64,000 nt of DNA, taken from contig OZ024746.1 of the NCBI GenBank assembly GCA_964016885.1, positions 1,736,001-1,800,000 on the forward strand. Reading direction: 5' to 3'. Below, piece by piece: positions 25,092 through 37,877 of the stretch. This stretch comes from Eledone cirrhosa. Lineage: Eukaryota. The notes beneath the pieces were generated by a model. The model did no database searches. It was not told where the DNA came from and saw nothing but the letters and a program-made list of their open reading frames with translations. Positions within the stretch are counted from its first letter, which is position 1, and every line of letters begins with the position of its first letter. Made by a program: the position numbers and the translations under genes.

Positions 25092-26582
25092 ACTGTAAGG
25101 AGAGCTGGACAGCAGAAGATCTTCGGGTAAAAAACTGTGAGGAGAGCTGGACAGCAGAAGGTCTTTAGAGAAGAAACTGTCAGGAGAGCTGGACAGCAGA
25201 AGGTCTTTAGAGAAGAAACTGTCAGGAGAGCTGGACAGCAGAAGGTCTTTAGAGAAGAAACTGTCAGGAGAGCTGGACAGCAGAAGGTCTTCAGAGAAGA
25301 AACTCCCAGAAGAGCTGGACAGCAGAAGATCTTTGAGTAAGAAACTGTGAGGAGAGCTGGACAGCAGAAGGTCTTTAGAGAAGAAACTGTGAGGAGAGCT
25401 GGACAGCAGAAGGTCTTTAGAGAAGAAACTGTCAGGAGAGCTGGACAGCAGAAGGTCTTTAGAGAAGAAACTGTCAGGAGAGCTGGACAGCAGAAGGTCT
25501 TTAGAGAAGAAACTGTCAGGAGAGCTGGACAGCAGAAGGTCTTCAGAGAAGAAACTCCCAGAAGAGCTGGACAGCAGAAGGTCTTTAGAGAAGAAACTCC
25601 CAGGAGAGCTGGACAGCAGGTCTTCAGAGAAGAAACTGTCAGGAGAGCTGGACAGCAGAAGGTCTTTAGAGAAGAAACTGTCAGGAGAGCTGGACAGCAG
25701 AAGGTCTTTAGAGAAGAAACTGTCAGGAGAGCTGGACAGCAGAAGGTCTTTAGAGAAGAAACTGTCAGGAGAGCTGGACAGCAGAAGGTCTTTAGAGAAG
25801 AAACTGTCAGAAGAGCTGGACAGCAGAAGGTCTTTAGAGAAGAAACTGTCAGGAGAGCTGGACAGCAGAAGGTCTTTAGAGAAGAAACTGTCAGGAGAGC
25901 TGGACAGCAGAAGGTCTTTAGAGAAGAAACTGTCAGGAGAGCTGGACAGCAGAAGGTCTTTAGAGAAGAAACTGTCAGGAGAGCTGGACAGCAGAAGGTC
26001 TTTAGAGAAGAAACTGTCAGGAGAGCTGGACAGCAGAAGGTCTTTAGAGAAGAAACTGTCAGGAGAGCTGGACAGCAGAAGGTCTTTAGAGAAGAAACTG
26101 TCAGAAGAGCTGGACAGCAGAAGGTCTTTAGAGAAGAAACTGTCAGGTGAGCTGGACAGCAGAAGGTCTTTAGAGAAGAAACTCCCAGAAGAGCTGGACA
26201 GCAGAAGGTCTTTAGAGAAGAAACTCCCAGAAGAGCTGGACAGCAGAAGGTCTTTAGAGTAGAAACTCCCAGGAGAGCTGGACAGCAGAAGGTCTTTAGA
26301 GAAGAAACTCCCAGAAGAGCTGGACAGCAGAAGGTCTTTAGAGTAGAAACTCCCAGGAGAGCTGGACAGCAGAAGGTCTTTAGAGTAGAAACTCCCAGGA
26401 GAGCTGGACAGCAGAAGGTCTTTAGAGAAGAAACTCCCAGAAGAGCTGGACAGCAGAAGGTCTTTAGAGAAGAAACTCCCAGGAGAGCTGGACAGCAGAA
26501 GGTCTTTAGAGAAGAAACTCTGAGGAGAGCTGGACAGCAGAAGGGCTTCAGAGTAGAAACTCCCAGGAGAGCTGGACAGCAG
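25092..26582. repeat. 42-bp minisatellite, about 35 copies
   Basis: Unit ggagagctggacagcagaaggtctttagagaagaaactgtca; produces the 631-aa and 267-aa pseudo-ORFs. Confidence 0.96.
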
Positions 26583-26879
26583 ACACCTCACCTTAAGTGA
26601 ATGTTTCAGCCCTTAACATATATAAAGAGATGACTAATTGATGTTTATTATTCCAGAACACACATTTTCCAGATGATATCTATATTCTTTCAGATCCATA
26701 ACTCCTACAGGAGTTGTAGGGATGGCATACTCATATACGGCATTTCTAGAACATTTCTTTAAAATAGGCAGAACCCATTCCTTCTCCAAGTCTGGACATG
26801 ACAGCTTTCCTACAGAGAAGCAGAGTGATAGTGAAGAACTAGAAAGGTAATTGTTTTATCAATTTTGTGAGGGTGAAAC

Positions 26880-27160
26880 GCAAAGTTGATGACCTTGGTG
26901 GGATTTGAACTGAGAGCACATAAAGCCTGAACAAACACAGTATAACATACATTCTATAACAGTATAACATACATAGAGCCAGAACAAACACAGTATAACA
27001 TACATTCTATAACAGTATAACATACATAGAGCCAGAACAAACACAGTATAACATACATTCTATAACAGTATAACATACATAGAGCCAGAACAAACACAGT
27101 ATAACATACATTCTATAACAGTATAACATACATTCTAGCCAACAACACACTCCCAATTTC
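26880..27160 (-). repeat. Degraded SINE-B-like element containing an internal tandem of about 53 bp (about 4 copies)
   Basis: aaagttgatgaccttggtgggatttgaactgag followed by repeated gagccagaacaaacacagtataacatacattctataacagtataacatacata. Confidence 0.7.
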
Positions 27161-27611
27161 CTGCCTCTGATGTTTATATAACTTTTACCTAAATAAAACA
27201 ACTTGGAGATGGATTCCAGCTTGGAAAAGATAAATTATTATTTGCAAATATTACCTTAGATCATGTCAAGTGCTAAGACTGACTCCATTCAACTCAATTT
27301 ATTTTCTTGATACACAGACATCCATCGCTGTATAGAAATTTATAAAAATGCAAATTTACAACTACCCTCTAACAGAATGTGTGTGTGTGTGTGTGAAAGC
27401 ATTTATTTGAGAAAAATCAGCTCCTAGTAAAGAAACACACACACATGTACATATATACATATCTATATATATATATACATACATATATATATACATACAT
27501 ATATACATACCTATATATATATATATACATACATATATACATACATACAATCATATATACATACATATACTGGTTGTCTGTTCAATACAAAGCTTGACAA
27601 CTTCAGGTTAC

Positions 27612-27895
27612 CTAATGCTCAGTTCTGGCATGAGATCTTATCTGGCTTTTTAGACCAGACATACTTTTAAAAGGCTGTCTACATTACATTGCATACTAGT
27701 TTTAGTGCAGCTTGGACTGCCTCTGTATCTTGATGAAACTTGAAATGTCTATTTAGACCTCTTTGAGATTTACAGATCTTGTGACATTGATAATGGTGAA
27801 CTGGTCTGTCATTCTAGTCAGTATGGAGTGTCCTATTGTGTGCTATTATATGAGATTTAAGTCTCTGACAGGCAGATTCTGCTACAAACTCTCTA
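27612..27895 (-). pseudogene. Decayed triple C2H2 zinc-finger relic (probably a LINE C-terminus)
   Basis: With two frameshifts and one stop: VCSRICLSE/LKSHIIAH...YQCHKICKSQRGLNRHFKFH...[22 protein letters not shown]. Confidence 0.55.
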
Positions 27896-28115
27896 AGTAG
27901 ACAAAGTTCCATTAATTTCATGTTCCTTTAGTCAATGTTTTTTTTTTTCTTCTTATATTCCTCTTAATATTTACTTACGTTTGGCTGAAGGGTTTTCACA
28001 CCATCCCACAGTTTTGAATACCGACAGAGTGTCAACAACAATTTATATAAACACTCTTATGTTTAGCAATCTTACTTTCACTTCTCCCATGAAAACATAA
28101 AACATTTGGACTTAC

Positions 28116-28228
28116 CAAATAAAGGATTTCTCCAGCTTCTTGAATGCATTCTATAGGTTTATTGCTTTTATCTAAAGTTGGGTAAATTGTATTAAACCAT
28201 TCCAGAATTGTAAAACCAAAAGGGATGC
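28116..28228 (-). CDS. JMJD8-like: JmjC/TPR gene, exon 3: (G)IPFGFTILEWFNTIYPTLDKSNKPIECIQEAGEILYL
   Basis: Acceptor gtatttttatag, donor TTG|gtaagt, 113 nt, phase 1 to 0. W...YP.L.....P.EC.Q..GE..Y is characteristic of JMJD6/JMJD8-type JmjC domains. Confidence 0.95.
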
Positions 28229-28689
28229 CTATAAAAATACAAAACAAAATTTTTAATATCCATTGATGAAATGGATATATTAATGTGCAAATAATTAGCA
28301 CTTGATGTTGGTAATTAATTAAAATATATAGTAGTCTGCTAGCAGCTGAAATGTATGGTAAAGTTATATCTGTATAAATATACTCATCAAATACATGTTT
28401 CCCTGGGGTTGTTTGGATGATATACACACCTTCTGATGAGGGTCCATTACAATCCAAAAATCAATTAAAGATATCTATCATTTTGTTTTTCAACTTACAG
28501 GGAAATTCGTATTTTCTGGCATGTTTACATGCCTACATATTTGATATGTGTATATATTTATATATATTAGTTGTCTCAGTTACACACTGTATCTAGACAG
28601 ATATAACTTAGACAGATGATATATATATCATCATCATCATTTTATATATCGAGCCCTCTATGGATTTTAGTCTTCAATTTTATTATTAT

Positions 28690-28731
<42 letters not shown>

Positions 28732-28849
28732 ATGGGCTGAAAAGATCGTGGTCTGACTCTGAGGGAGTGATACTAGAGCTGTGAAATCTTGCAGGCATTA
28801 GTTTCTTATTAATAACTGCATTGTTTCTTTCCAGATAAATTGAAATGTG

Positions 28850-28968
28850 AGGTTCTTATATAAAATTATGTTGGAAGATTTTAATTTAAATTGGAAACTA
28901 TTAAAATGGGTAGCTTTATTTCATAAAACCAGAGTTGGTTTGGGCCAGGTTGGTAACTAAAGGGTTAA
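28850..28968. mobile_element. piggyBac-type MITE (family 2) fragment
   Basis: Ends aaggg-TTAA; reverse complement matches 37234-37345 and 63775-63830. Confidence 0.7.
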
Positions 28969-29540
28969 GGTAAAGTTTTCAGTTTCGCTCTTTTATTTGA
29001 ATCGGAAATTCCACAGCTAAAGAAAATATGACAGTTTTTACCATAACACATTTTCAATTCTAGTGCAAAATAAATGCTAGCTTAGCAAATAGTTTTTTAG
29101 AAAATGTTATAAGCTATATGAAGGAATCGTCTTAATAGCTGTTGGATCATAACCTCATAAAACTGTCAAAGGCTACATCCTAGAATTGATACTTCACACA
29201 TTAAATATTTTGTTCTCTGTCTCCAGACTTTTCTACTTAAGTAATTTCTTTCTTAAGCCTGCTTTTCTCATTGCGTGAAACAGTGTCAGGGCATTATATT
29301 TTAACAAAATATAGTATAACTTCTCTAAGCATTAATTCTGAATAGCAGCCTATCATTATATTTCAGTAGATATGATGATGAAGCCAACATCACTGATAAT
29401 GGTTGTAATGTTAGTGATGATGATGATGATAGTAATGGTGGTTGTAGAGAAGTAATACTAATATAGTTGATGATCAAGTTGACAGTGATGGTATTTATAA
29501 TGATGATAATAATCATATCACACCCTACAATCTTTAAAAG

Positions 29541-32500
29541 GATATATTACATACTGTAGGGTATATTACATATTGTAGGGTATATTAGGTATTGTAGGGT
29601 ATATTAGATACTGTAGGGTATATTAGGTATTGTAGGGTATATTAGGTATTGTAGGGTATATTAGGTATTGTAGGGTATATTAGATACTGTAGGGTATATT
29701 AGGTATTGTAGGGTATATTAGGTATTGTAGGGTATATTAGGTATTGTAGGGTATATTAGGTATTGTAGGGTATATTAGATATTGTAGGGTATATTAGGTA
29801 TTGTAGGGTATATTAGGTATTGTAGGGTATATTAGATATTGTAGGGTATATTAGGTATTGTAGGGTATATTAGGTATTGTAGGGTATATTAGGTATTGTA
29901 GGGTATATTAGGTATTGTAGGGTATATTAGATATTGTAGGGTATATTAGGTATTGTAGGGTATATTAGGTATTGTAGGGTATATTAGATACTGTAGGGTA
30001 TATTAGGTATTGTAGGGTATATTAGATATTGTAGGGTATATTAGGTATTGTAGGGTATATTAGGTATTGTAGGGTATATTAGGTATTGTAGGGTATATTA
30101 GGTATTGTAGGGTATATTAGGTATTGTAGGGTATATTAGGCATTGTAGGGTATATTAGATACTGTAGGGTATATTAGGTATTGTAGGGTATATTAGATAT
30201 TGTAGGGTATATTAGGTATTGTAGGGTATATTAGGTATTGTAGGGTATATTAGGTATTGTATGGTATATTAGGTATTGTAGGGTATATTAGGTATTGTAG
30301 GGTATATTAGGTATTGTAGGGTATATTAGGTATTGTAGGGTGTATTAGATACTGTAGGGTATATTAGGTATTGTAGGGTATATTAGATATTGTAGGGTAT
30401 ATTAGGTATTGTAGGGTATATTAGGCATTGTAGGGTATATTAGGTATTGTAGGGTATATTAGGTATTATAGGGTATATTAGGTATTGTAGGGTATATTAG
30501 ATACTGTAGGGTATATTAGGTATTGTAGGGTATATTAGGTATTGTAGGGTATATTAGGCATTGTAGGGTATATTAGGCATTGTAGGGTATATTAGGCATT
30601 GTAGGGTATATTAGGTATTGTAGGGTATATTAGGTATTGTAGGGTATATTAGGTATTGTAGGGTATATTAGGCATTGTAGGGTATATTAGGTATTGTAGG
30701 GTATATTAGGTATTGTAGGGTATATTAGGTATTGTAGGGTATATTAGATATTGTAGGGTATATTAGGTATTGTAGGGTATATTAGATATTGTAGGGTATA
30801 TTAGGTATTGTAGGGTATATTAGATATTGTAGGGTATATTACATACTGTAGGGTATATTACATATTGTAGGGTATATTAGATATTGTAGGGTATATTAGA
30901 TATTGTAGGGTATATTAGGTATTGTAGGGTATATTAGGCATTGTAGGGTATATTAGGTATTGTAGGGTATATTAGGTATTGTAGGGTATATTAGGTATTG
31001 TAGGGTATATTAGGTATTGTAGGGTATATTAGATATTGTAGGGTATATTAGGTATTGTAGGGTATATTAGATATTGTAGGGTATATTAGGTATTGTAGGG
31101 TATATTAGATATTGTAGGGTATATTACATACTGTAGGGTATATTACATATTGTAGGGTATATTAGATATTGTAGGGTATATTAGATATTGTAGGGTATAT
31201 TAGGTATTGTAGGGTATATTAGATATTGTAGGGTATATTAGGTATTGTAGGGTATATTAGGTATTGTAGGGTATATTACATATTGTAGGGTATATTAGAT
31301 ATTGTAGGGTATATTAGATATTGTAGGGTATATTAGGTATTGTAGGGTATATTAGGTATTGTAGGGTATATTAGATATTGTAGGGTCTATTAGGTATTGT
31401 AGGGTATATTAGATATTGTAGGGTATATTAGGTATTGTAGGGTATATTACATATTGTAGGGTATATTAGATATTGTAGGGTCTATTAGGTATTGTAGGGT
31501 ATATTAGATATTGTAGGGTATATTAGATATTGTAGGGTATATTAGGTATTGTAGGGTATATTAGATATTGTAGGGTATATTAGATATTGTAGGGTCTATT
31601 AGGTATTGTAGGGTATATTAGATATTGTAGGGTATATTAGATATTGTAGGGTATATTAGATATTGTAGGGTATATTAGATATTGTAGGGTATATTAAATA
31701 TTGTAGGGTATATTAGGTATTGTAGGGTATATTAGGTATTCTAGGGTATATTAGATATTGTAGGGTCTATTAGATATTGTAGGGTATGTTAGATACTGTA
31801 GGGTATATTACATACTGTAGGGTATATTACATATTGTAGGGTATATTAGATATTGTAGGGTATATTAGATATTGTAGGGTATATTAGATATTGTAGGGTA
31901 TATTAGGTATTGTAGGGTATATTAGATATTGTAGGGTATATTAGGTATTGTAGGGTATATTAGGTATTGTAGGGTATATTACATATTGTAGGGTATATTA
32001 GATATTGTAGGGTATATTAGATATTGTAGGGTATATTAGATATTGTAGGGTATATTAGGTATTGTAGGGTATATTAGATATTGTAGGGTATATTAGGTAT
32101 TGTAGGGTATATTAGATATTGTAGGGTATATTAGATATTGTAGGGTATATTAGATATTGTAGGGTCTATTAGGTATTGTAGGGTATATTAGAGATTGTAG
32201 GGTATATTAGATATTGTAGGGTATATCAGATATTGTAGGGTATATTAGATATTGCAGGGTATATTAAATATTGTAGGGTATATTAGGTATTGTAGGGTAT
32301 ATTAGGTATTGTAGGGTATATTAGATATTGTAGGGTCTATTAGATATTGTAGGGTATATTAGATATTGTAGGGTATATTAGGTATTGTAGGGTATATTAG
32401 GTATTGTAGGGTATATTAGGTATTGTAGGGTACATTAGGTATTGTAGGGTATATTAGGTATTGTAGGGTATATTAGGTATTGTAGGGTATATTAGGCATT

Positions 32501-34261
32501 GTAGGGTATATTAGATATTGTAGGGTATATTAGGTATTGTAGGGTATATTAGATATTGTAGGGTATATTAGGTATTGTAGGGTATATTAGGTATTGTAGG
32601 GTATATTACATATTGTAGGGTATATTAGATATTGTAGGATATATTAGATATTGTAGGGTATATTAGGTATTGTAGGGTATATTAGATATTGTAGGGTATA
32701 TTAGATATTGTAGGGTCTATTAGGTATTGTAGGGTATATTAGATATTGTAGGGTATATTAGGTATTGTAGGGTATATTACATATTGTAGGGTATATTAGA
32801 TATTGTAGGGTCTATTAGGTATTGTAGGGTATATTAGATATTGTAGGGTATATTAGATATTGTAGGGTATATTAGGTATTGTAGGGTATATTAGATATTG
32901 TAGGGTCTATTAGGTATTGTAGGGTATATTAGATATTGTAGGGTATATTAGATATTGTAGGGTATATTAGATATTGTAGGGTATATTAGGTATTGTAGGG
33001 TATATTACATATTGTAGGGTATATTAGATATTGTAGGGTATATTAGATATTGTAGGGTATATTAAATATTGTAGGGTATATTAGGTATTGTAGGGTATAT
33101 TAGGTATTGTAGGGTATATTAGATATTGTAGGGTCTATTAGATATTGTAGGGTATATTAGATATTGTAGGGTATATTAGATATTGTAGGGTATATTAGGT
33201 ATTGTAGGGTATATTAGATATTGTAGGGTATATTAGGTATTGTAGGGTATATTAGGTATTGTAGGGTATATTAGGTATTGTAGGGTATATTAGGTATTGT
33301 AGGGTATATTAGGTATTGTAGGGTATATTAGGTATTGTAGAGTATATTAGGTATTGTAGGGTATATTAGGTATTGTAGGGTATATTAGGTATTGTAGGGT
33401 ATATTAGATATTGTAGGGTATATTAGGTATTGTAGGGTATATTAGATATTGTAGGGTATATTAGGTATTGTAGGGTATATTAGATATTGTAGGGTATATT
33501 AGATATTGTAGGGTATATTAGATATTGTAGGGTCTATTAGGTATTGTAGGGTATATTAGAGATTGTAGGGTATATTAGATATTGTAGGGTATATCAGATA
33601 TTGTAGGGTATATTAGATATTGCAGGGTATATTAAATATTGTAGGGTATATTAGGTATTGTAGGGTATATTAGGTATTGTAGGGTATATTAGATATTGTA
33701 GGGTCTATTAGATATTGTAGGGTATATTAGATATTGTAGGGTATATTAGGTATTGTAGGGTATATTAGGTATTGTAGGGTATATTAGGTATTGTAGGGTA
33801 CATTAGGTATTGTAGGGTATATTAGGTATTGTAGGGTATATTAGGTATTGTAGGGTATATTAGGCATTGTAGGGTATATTAGATATTGTAGGGTATATTA
33901 GGTATTGTAGGGTATATTAGATATTGTAGGGTATATTAGGTATTGTAGGGTATATTAGGTATTGTAGGGTATATTACATATTGTAGGGTATATTAGATAT
34001 TGTAGGATATATTAGATATTGTAGGGTATATTAGGTATTGTAGGGTATATTAGATATTGTAGGGTATATTAGATATTGTAGGGTCTATTAGGTATTGTAG
34101 GGTATATTAGATATTGTATGGTATATTAGGTATTGTAGGGTATATTACATATTGTAGGGTATATTAGATATTGTAGGGTATATTAGATATTGTAGGGTAT
34201 ATTAGATATTGTAGGGTATATTAGATATTGTAGGGTATATTAGGTATTGTAGGGTATATTA
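29541..34261. repeat. 19-bp satellite, about 248 copies
   Basis: Unit tattgtagggtatattag(g/a). Confidence 0.98.
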
Positions 34262-34439
34262 TGTCTGCCATGAATAAAATGAAAATGTCACAGTTGTTTA
34301 CCCACATCTTTGTAATAAACTGTCTTCTAAGTACAACAATTATGAAAACATAAATTACATATAAAATTTAAAATCATCAGACAATCCTGACATTGAGCTG
34401 TAACTTAACTACAGAATGGTTGATTTCTACCTGATTGAA

Positions 34440-34940
34440 GACATGGTGAAGATAGCCAGCAAGTCAGTCAAAGATGACCTGAGTGAGGTATTCAGCCATG
34501 TCCAGCTCGGAGTGGGAGTTAAGTGTGGACGTGAGGCAGTTGCTCATACAGCTAGACATTTCATAGAGCACACACCTCCTTTATTACTCCACCTTCTAGT
34601 GAAGCTGGACATGAGAAATGCTTTCAACAGTGTTAGGTCAGATTACATCTGAGAGACTTGTCTTAGATGAGCCTCATCGATGTTCTCTCTTGCTCAGCTC
34701 TCATACAAAACACCCCGCATACTCATGGCTACTCACCACTAGGTCTCTTCTGACATGAATGTCCAGCAAGGTGACCCATTTGGCCTCCTCACCTTTGCAC
34801 TGGCCATCAAGGATGTTGCCTACTCTGCCCAGTCACTCTTCAATGTCTGGTACCTGTATGATGTGACCCTGAGTGGATCAGTTGAGTTGGTAGTTGAGGC
34901 TATTCCTCCCAACTTTAAAGCTCCTGAGGAGCTATCTATC
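34440..34940 (+). mobile_element. Degraded CRE-clade reverse transcriptase fragment
   Basis: QLGVGVKCGREAVAH..., KLDMRNAFNSV, VQQGDPFG..FALAI, WYLYDVTL (degenerate YLDD); in-frame stops. Confidence 0.8.
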
Positions 34941-35742
34941 TAGCTTCTCTATCTATCTCTCTCTCTCTTCTTTCCTTCTTTCTTCTCTCTCTTCTTTCCT
35001 TCTTTCTTCTCTCTCTCTTCCCTCTCTTCCTTCTCTATCTCTCTCTTCCCTCTCTCTTTCTCTCTTCCCTCTCTTCCTTCTCTCTCTCTCTTCCTTCCTT
35101 CCCTCTCTCCTCTCTTCCCTCACTCTCTCTCTCTTCCCTCTCCCCCTCACCCCCCCATATATATATACATGTTTCACCCTGGTTCCCTAATCCTACAGCT
35201 GTCAGCTAGAAGCTAAGTCTGCACCCTTCTCTCACTGATTCTTCTCCTTGTCTGTTTCATCTAATCCCTCTCCTCCTCCAATTATCTAGTTGTCTGTCTG
35301 TCTGTCTACTTAAGAATATAACCAGGTAAATCATGTTATGTCTCTCTCCCTCTACCCTCTCTCTCTACCCCTCTAACCCTCTCTCTCTCTCAGTACCCCT
35401 CTCTCTCTCTCTCTCTCTCTCTACCTCCCTCTCTCTCTCTCTCAATATATCTCAGACAGTGCTACTAACAATGTTTCTAGTAGAAGTAGTAGTAGGTGAT
35501 ATTGGTAGTTGGGGTAGTGGTAACAGCAATAGTGATGTGGTAGTGGTGATGTCTTGGCTGCAGCAGCAGCAGTGATAACCTGTTTAGTCATCATCACTGT
35601 TGCTGCAGCCGCCACCTTTTTCTTCTTCTTCTTATTATTATTATTATTATATGGTCAATAAAAAAAAATAACCAGTAACACACTGGGGTCACTCTAATCA
35701 ACTCCCCCGCGGCCAATTGCTGACCTTGTGCCTAAAGTAGAA

Positions 35743-35906
35743 GGTGGATTGGCAGTATCGGTAGAGGGTCGGACACCATACTTTGATGCATAGAGTTACG
35801 GCCCTTGCCATTCTGAGTTCAAATCCCACTGAGGTTGACTTTGCCTTTCATCCTTACGGGGTTGATAAAATAAAGTACCAGTAATACACTGGGTAATTGC
35901 TGGCCT
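35743..35906 (+). mobile_element. tRNA-derived SINE family B
   Basis: Head ggtggattggcagtatcggtagagggtcggac, B-box gagttcaaatccc, core gcctttcatccttacggggttgataaaataaagtaccag. Confidence 0.9.
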
Positions 35907-35930
35907 TAATTGTTATTACATCAGGTCAGG

Positions 35931-36508
35931 CTTATGCCTGCTACAGGTACCATGTAGAGGTACTTATGCCTGCTACAGGTACCATGTAGAGGTACTTATG
36001 CCTGCTACAGGTACCATGTAGAGGTACTTATGCCTGCTACAGGTACCATGTAGAGGTACTTATGCCTGCTACAGGTACCATGTAGAGGTACTTATGCCTG
36101 CTACAGGTACCATGTAGAGGTACTTATGCCTGCTACAGGTACCATGTAGAAGTACTTATGCCTGCTACAGGTACCATGTAGAAGTAGAGGTACTTATGCC
36201 TGCTACAGGTACCATGTAGAGGTACTTATGCCTGCTACAGGTACCATGTAGAGGTACTTATGCCTGCTACAGGTACCATGTAGAGGTACTTATGCCTGCT
36301 ACAGGTACCATGTAGAGGTACTTATGCCTGCTACAGGTACCATGTAGAGGTACTTATGTCTGCTACAGGTACGATGTAGAGGTACTTATGCCTGCTACAG
36401 GTACCATGTAGAGGTAGAGGTACTTATGCCTGCTACAGGTACCATGTAGAGGTACTTATGCCTGCTACAGGTACCATGTAGAGGTACTTATGCCTGCTAC
36501 AGGTACAT
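35931..36508. repeat. 32-bp minisatellite, about 18 copies
   Basis: Unit cttatgcctgctacaggtaccatgtagaggta. Confidence 0.95.
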
Positions 36509-36724
36509 GGTCAAGTGAGGAGAGTAAGTGGAATCCCAACACACACACATACATATATATATATATGTATATATATATATACTCACACATTCATCTACAT
36601 ATAGTTTATTGTGTGAGCATGTGTTTGTATACATTGTGTGCATGTGTGTGTGTGCATGTGTGTGTGTGTACCTTAAATATATACACATGTTCAATAATAG
36701 AATTTAATTTAATATTTTCCTTAC

Positions 36725-36866
36725 CTCCAGGTGGTGCTTTCCTAGGAGGATAAAGAAACCATCTTTTCTTTCCAAAAACAACAGCATTCCAGGCATCAGC
36801 ATGTTTATGAAAAGTTACCCCAGTGCCAGTTGCTCCAAGGAAAAATAGACTATCATGCACATGTTC
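36725..36866 (-). CDS. JMJD8-like: JmjC/TPR gene, exon 2 (catalytic core): EHVHDSLFFLGATGTGVTFHKHADAWNAVVFGKKRWFLYPPRKAPPG
   Basis: Acceptor ggttttattacag, donor GAG|gtaagg, 142 nt, phase 0 to 1. G.GV.FHxH...G.KRWFLYPP matches the JMJD8 signature. Confidence 0.96.
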
Positions 36867-37233
36867 CTGTAATAAAACCAACAAATTGAATATATCAACA
36901 CCTATCACAAGCATTCCAAGCCAAAGTTTGAAATATCAACAATGTTGTACATACAATATCAAATTATGTCCTGCTTCTATATAACAGTAGAGAAGTTGAA
37001 AGACTGTAAGTGGCTTTATATACTAAACCAGGTTAAGGAGGATGTCTAGTATTTACTTACTATGTAGAATTATTACAACTGGTTGAGGGTTAATAGCTTG
37101 TATCTCTGTCACATGCACTATGCTGCTTTCATTGGAAACATATAAAGATGTCCTTTAGTTATGAGTTAAAAATATACAGATAATTAAACTTTAATTATTT
37201 TCATATAAGCAGATGAGAAACAAAGCTCATATA

Positions 37234-37463
37234 TTAGTTACCAACCTGGCCAAAACCACCTCTAGTTCTATGAAATAAAGTCACTCATTTTAAAGGTTTC
37301 CAATTTAAATTAAAAGCTTCCAACATAATTTTATATAAGAACCTTACATTAAGTTACTATCGTAGTAATGAAAGAATTAATAATTTTAGTAAATCCCTCA
37401 AAATTCTTCATTAATTGATTGAAATAATGTATATCATTAGAAATGCAGTTATGAAAGGATTAA
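37234..37463. mobile_element. piggyBac-type MITE (family 2)
   Basis: Homologous to 63775-63951 and, inverted, to 28850-28968. Confidence 0.75.
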
Positions 37464-37644
37464 AAACATCTCTCCTAGAATATCTAGCACCATATTCTCA
37501 CACCCAGATGAAGTTAGGTATATAAAAGCAAGAACACTTCTCAGAAACACACAAAAATGCCTGCTGCAAATATAAACTCACACCCCACGGGTTAAATCAT
37601 CCAATATTTTAGCCAGTTGGCAATATCACACCTTTCAAAATACA

Positions 37645-37877
37645 GTAACCCTTTAGCATTTAAACCGGTTGTATCCGACCAGAATTCTCTCACCTCTTCT
37701 GTTCAAACCGACTGAATCCAGCTGTTCATACTGATGTTAAGATATTGTTCTCAAAATAAATAATATCAAAATCTCATAGATACGATATTTGAGAAAATTA
37801 TGTAAAGTAAAGCCTTAACCGTGAAAATATAATAGTATATATATATATATAGAGTAATGTAAATGTTAAAGGGTTAA
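37645..37877. mobile_element. piggyBac-type MITE (family 1)
   Basis: gtaa-ccctttagcattt...aaatgttaaaggg-TTAA. Confidence 0.85.

Noticed and set aside
24696-26591. 631-aa Ser/Leu-rich ORF
   Set aside because: 42-bp minisatellite plus a low-complexity purine tract inside an intron.
27975-28060. Possible small exon ending at an AC|gtaagt donor downstream of exon 28116
   Set aside because: No convincing acceptor, and the JmjC motif continues directly into exon 11668-11770.
28727-28850. Possible mariner terminal fragment
   Set aside because: Resemblance is from memory only and too degraded to support.
29541-34261. Telomere-like TTAGG/TAGGG motifs
   Set aside because: Embedded in a 19-bp unit, not tandem telomeric repeats.
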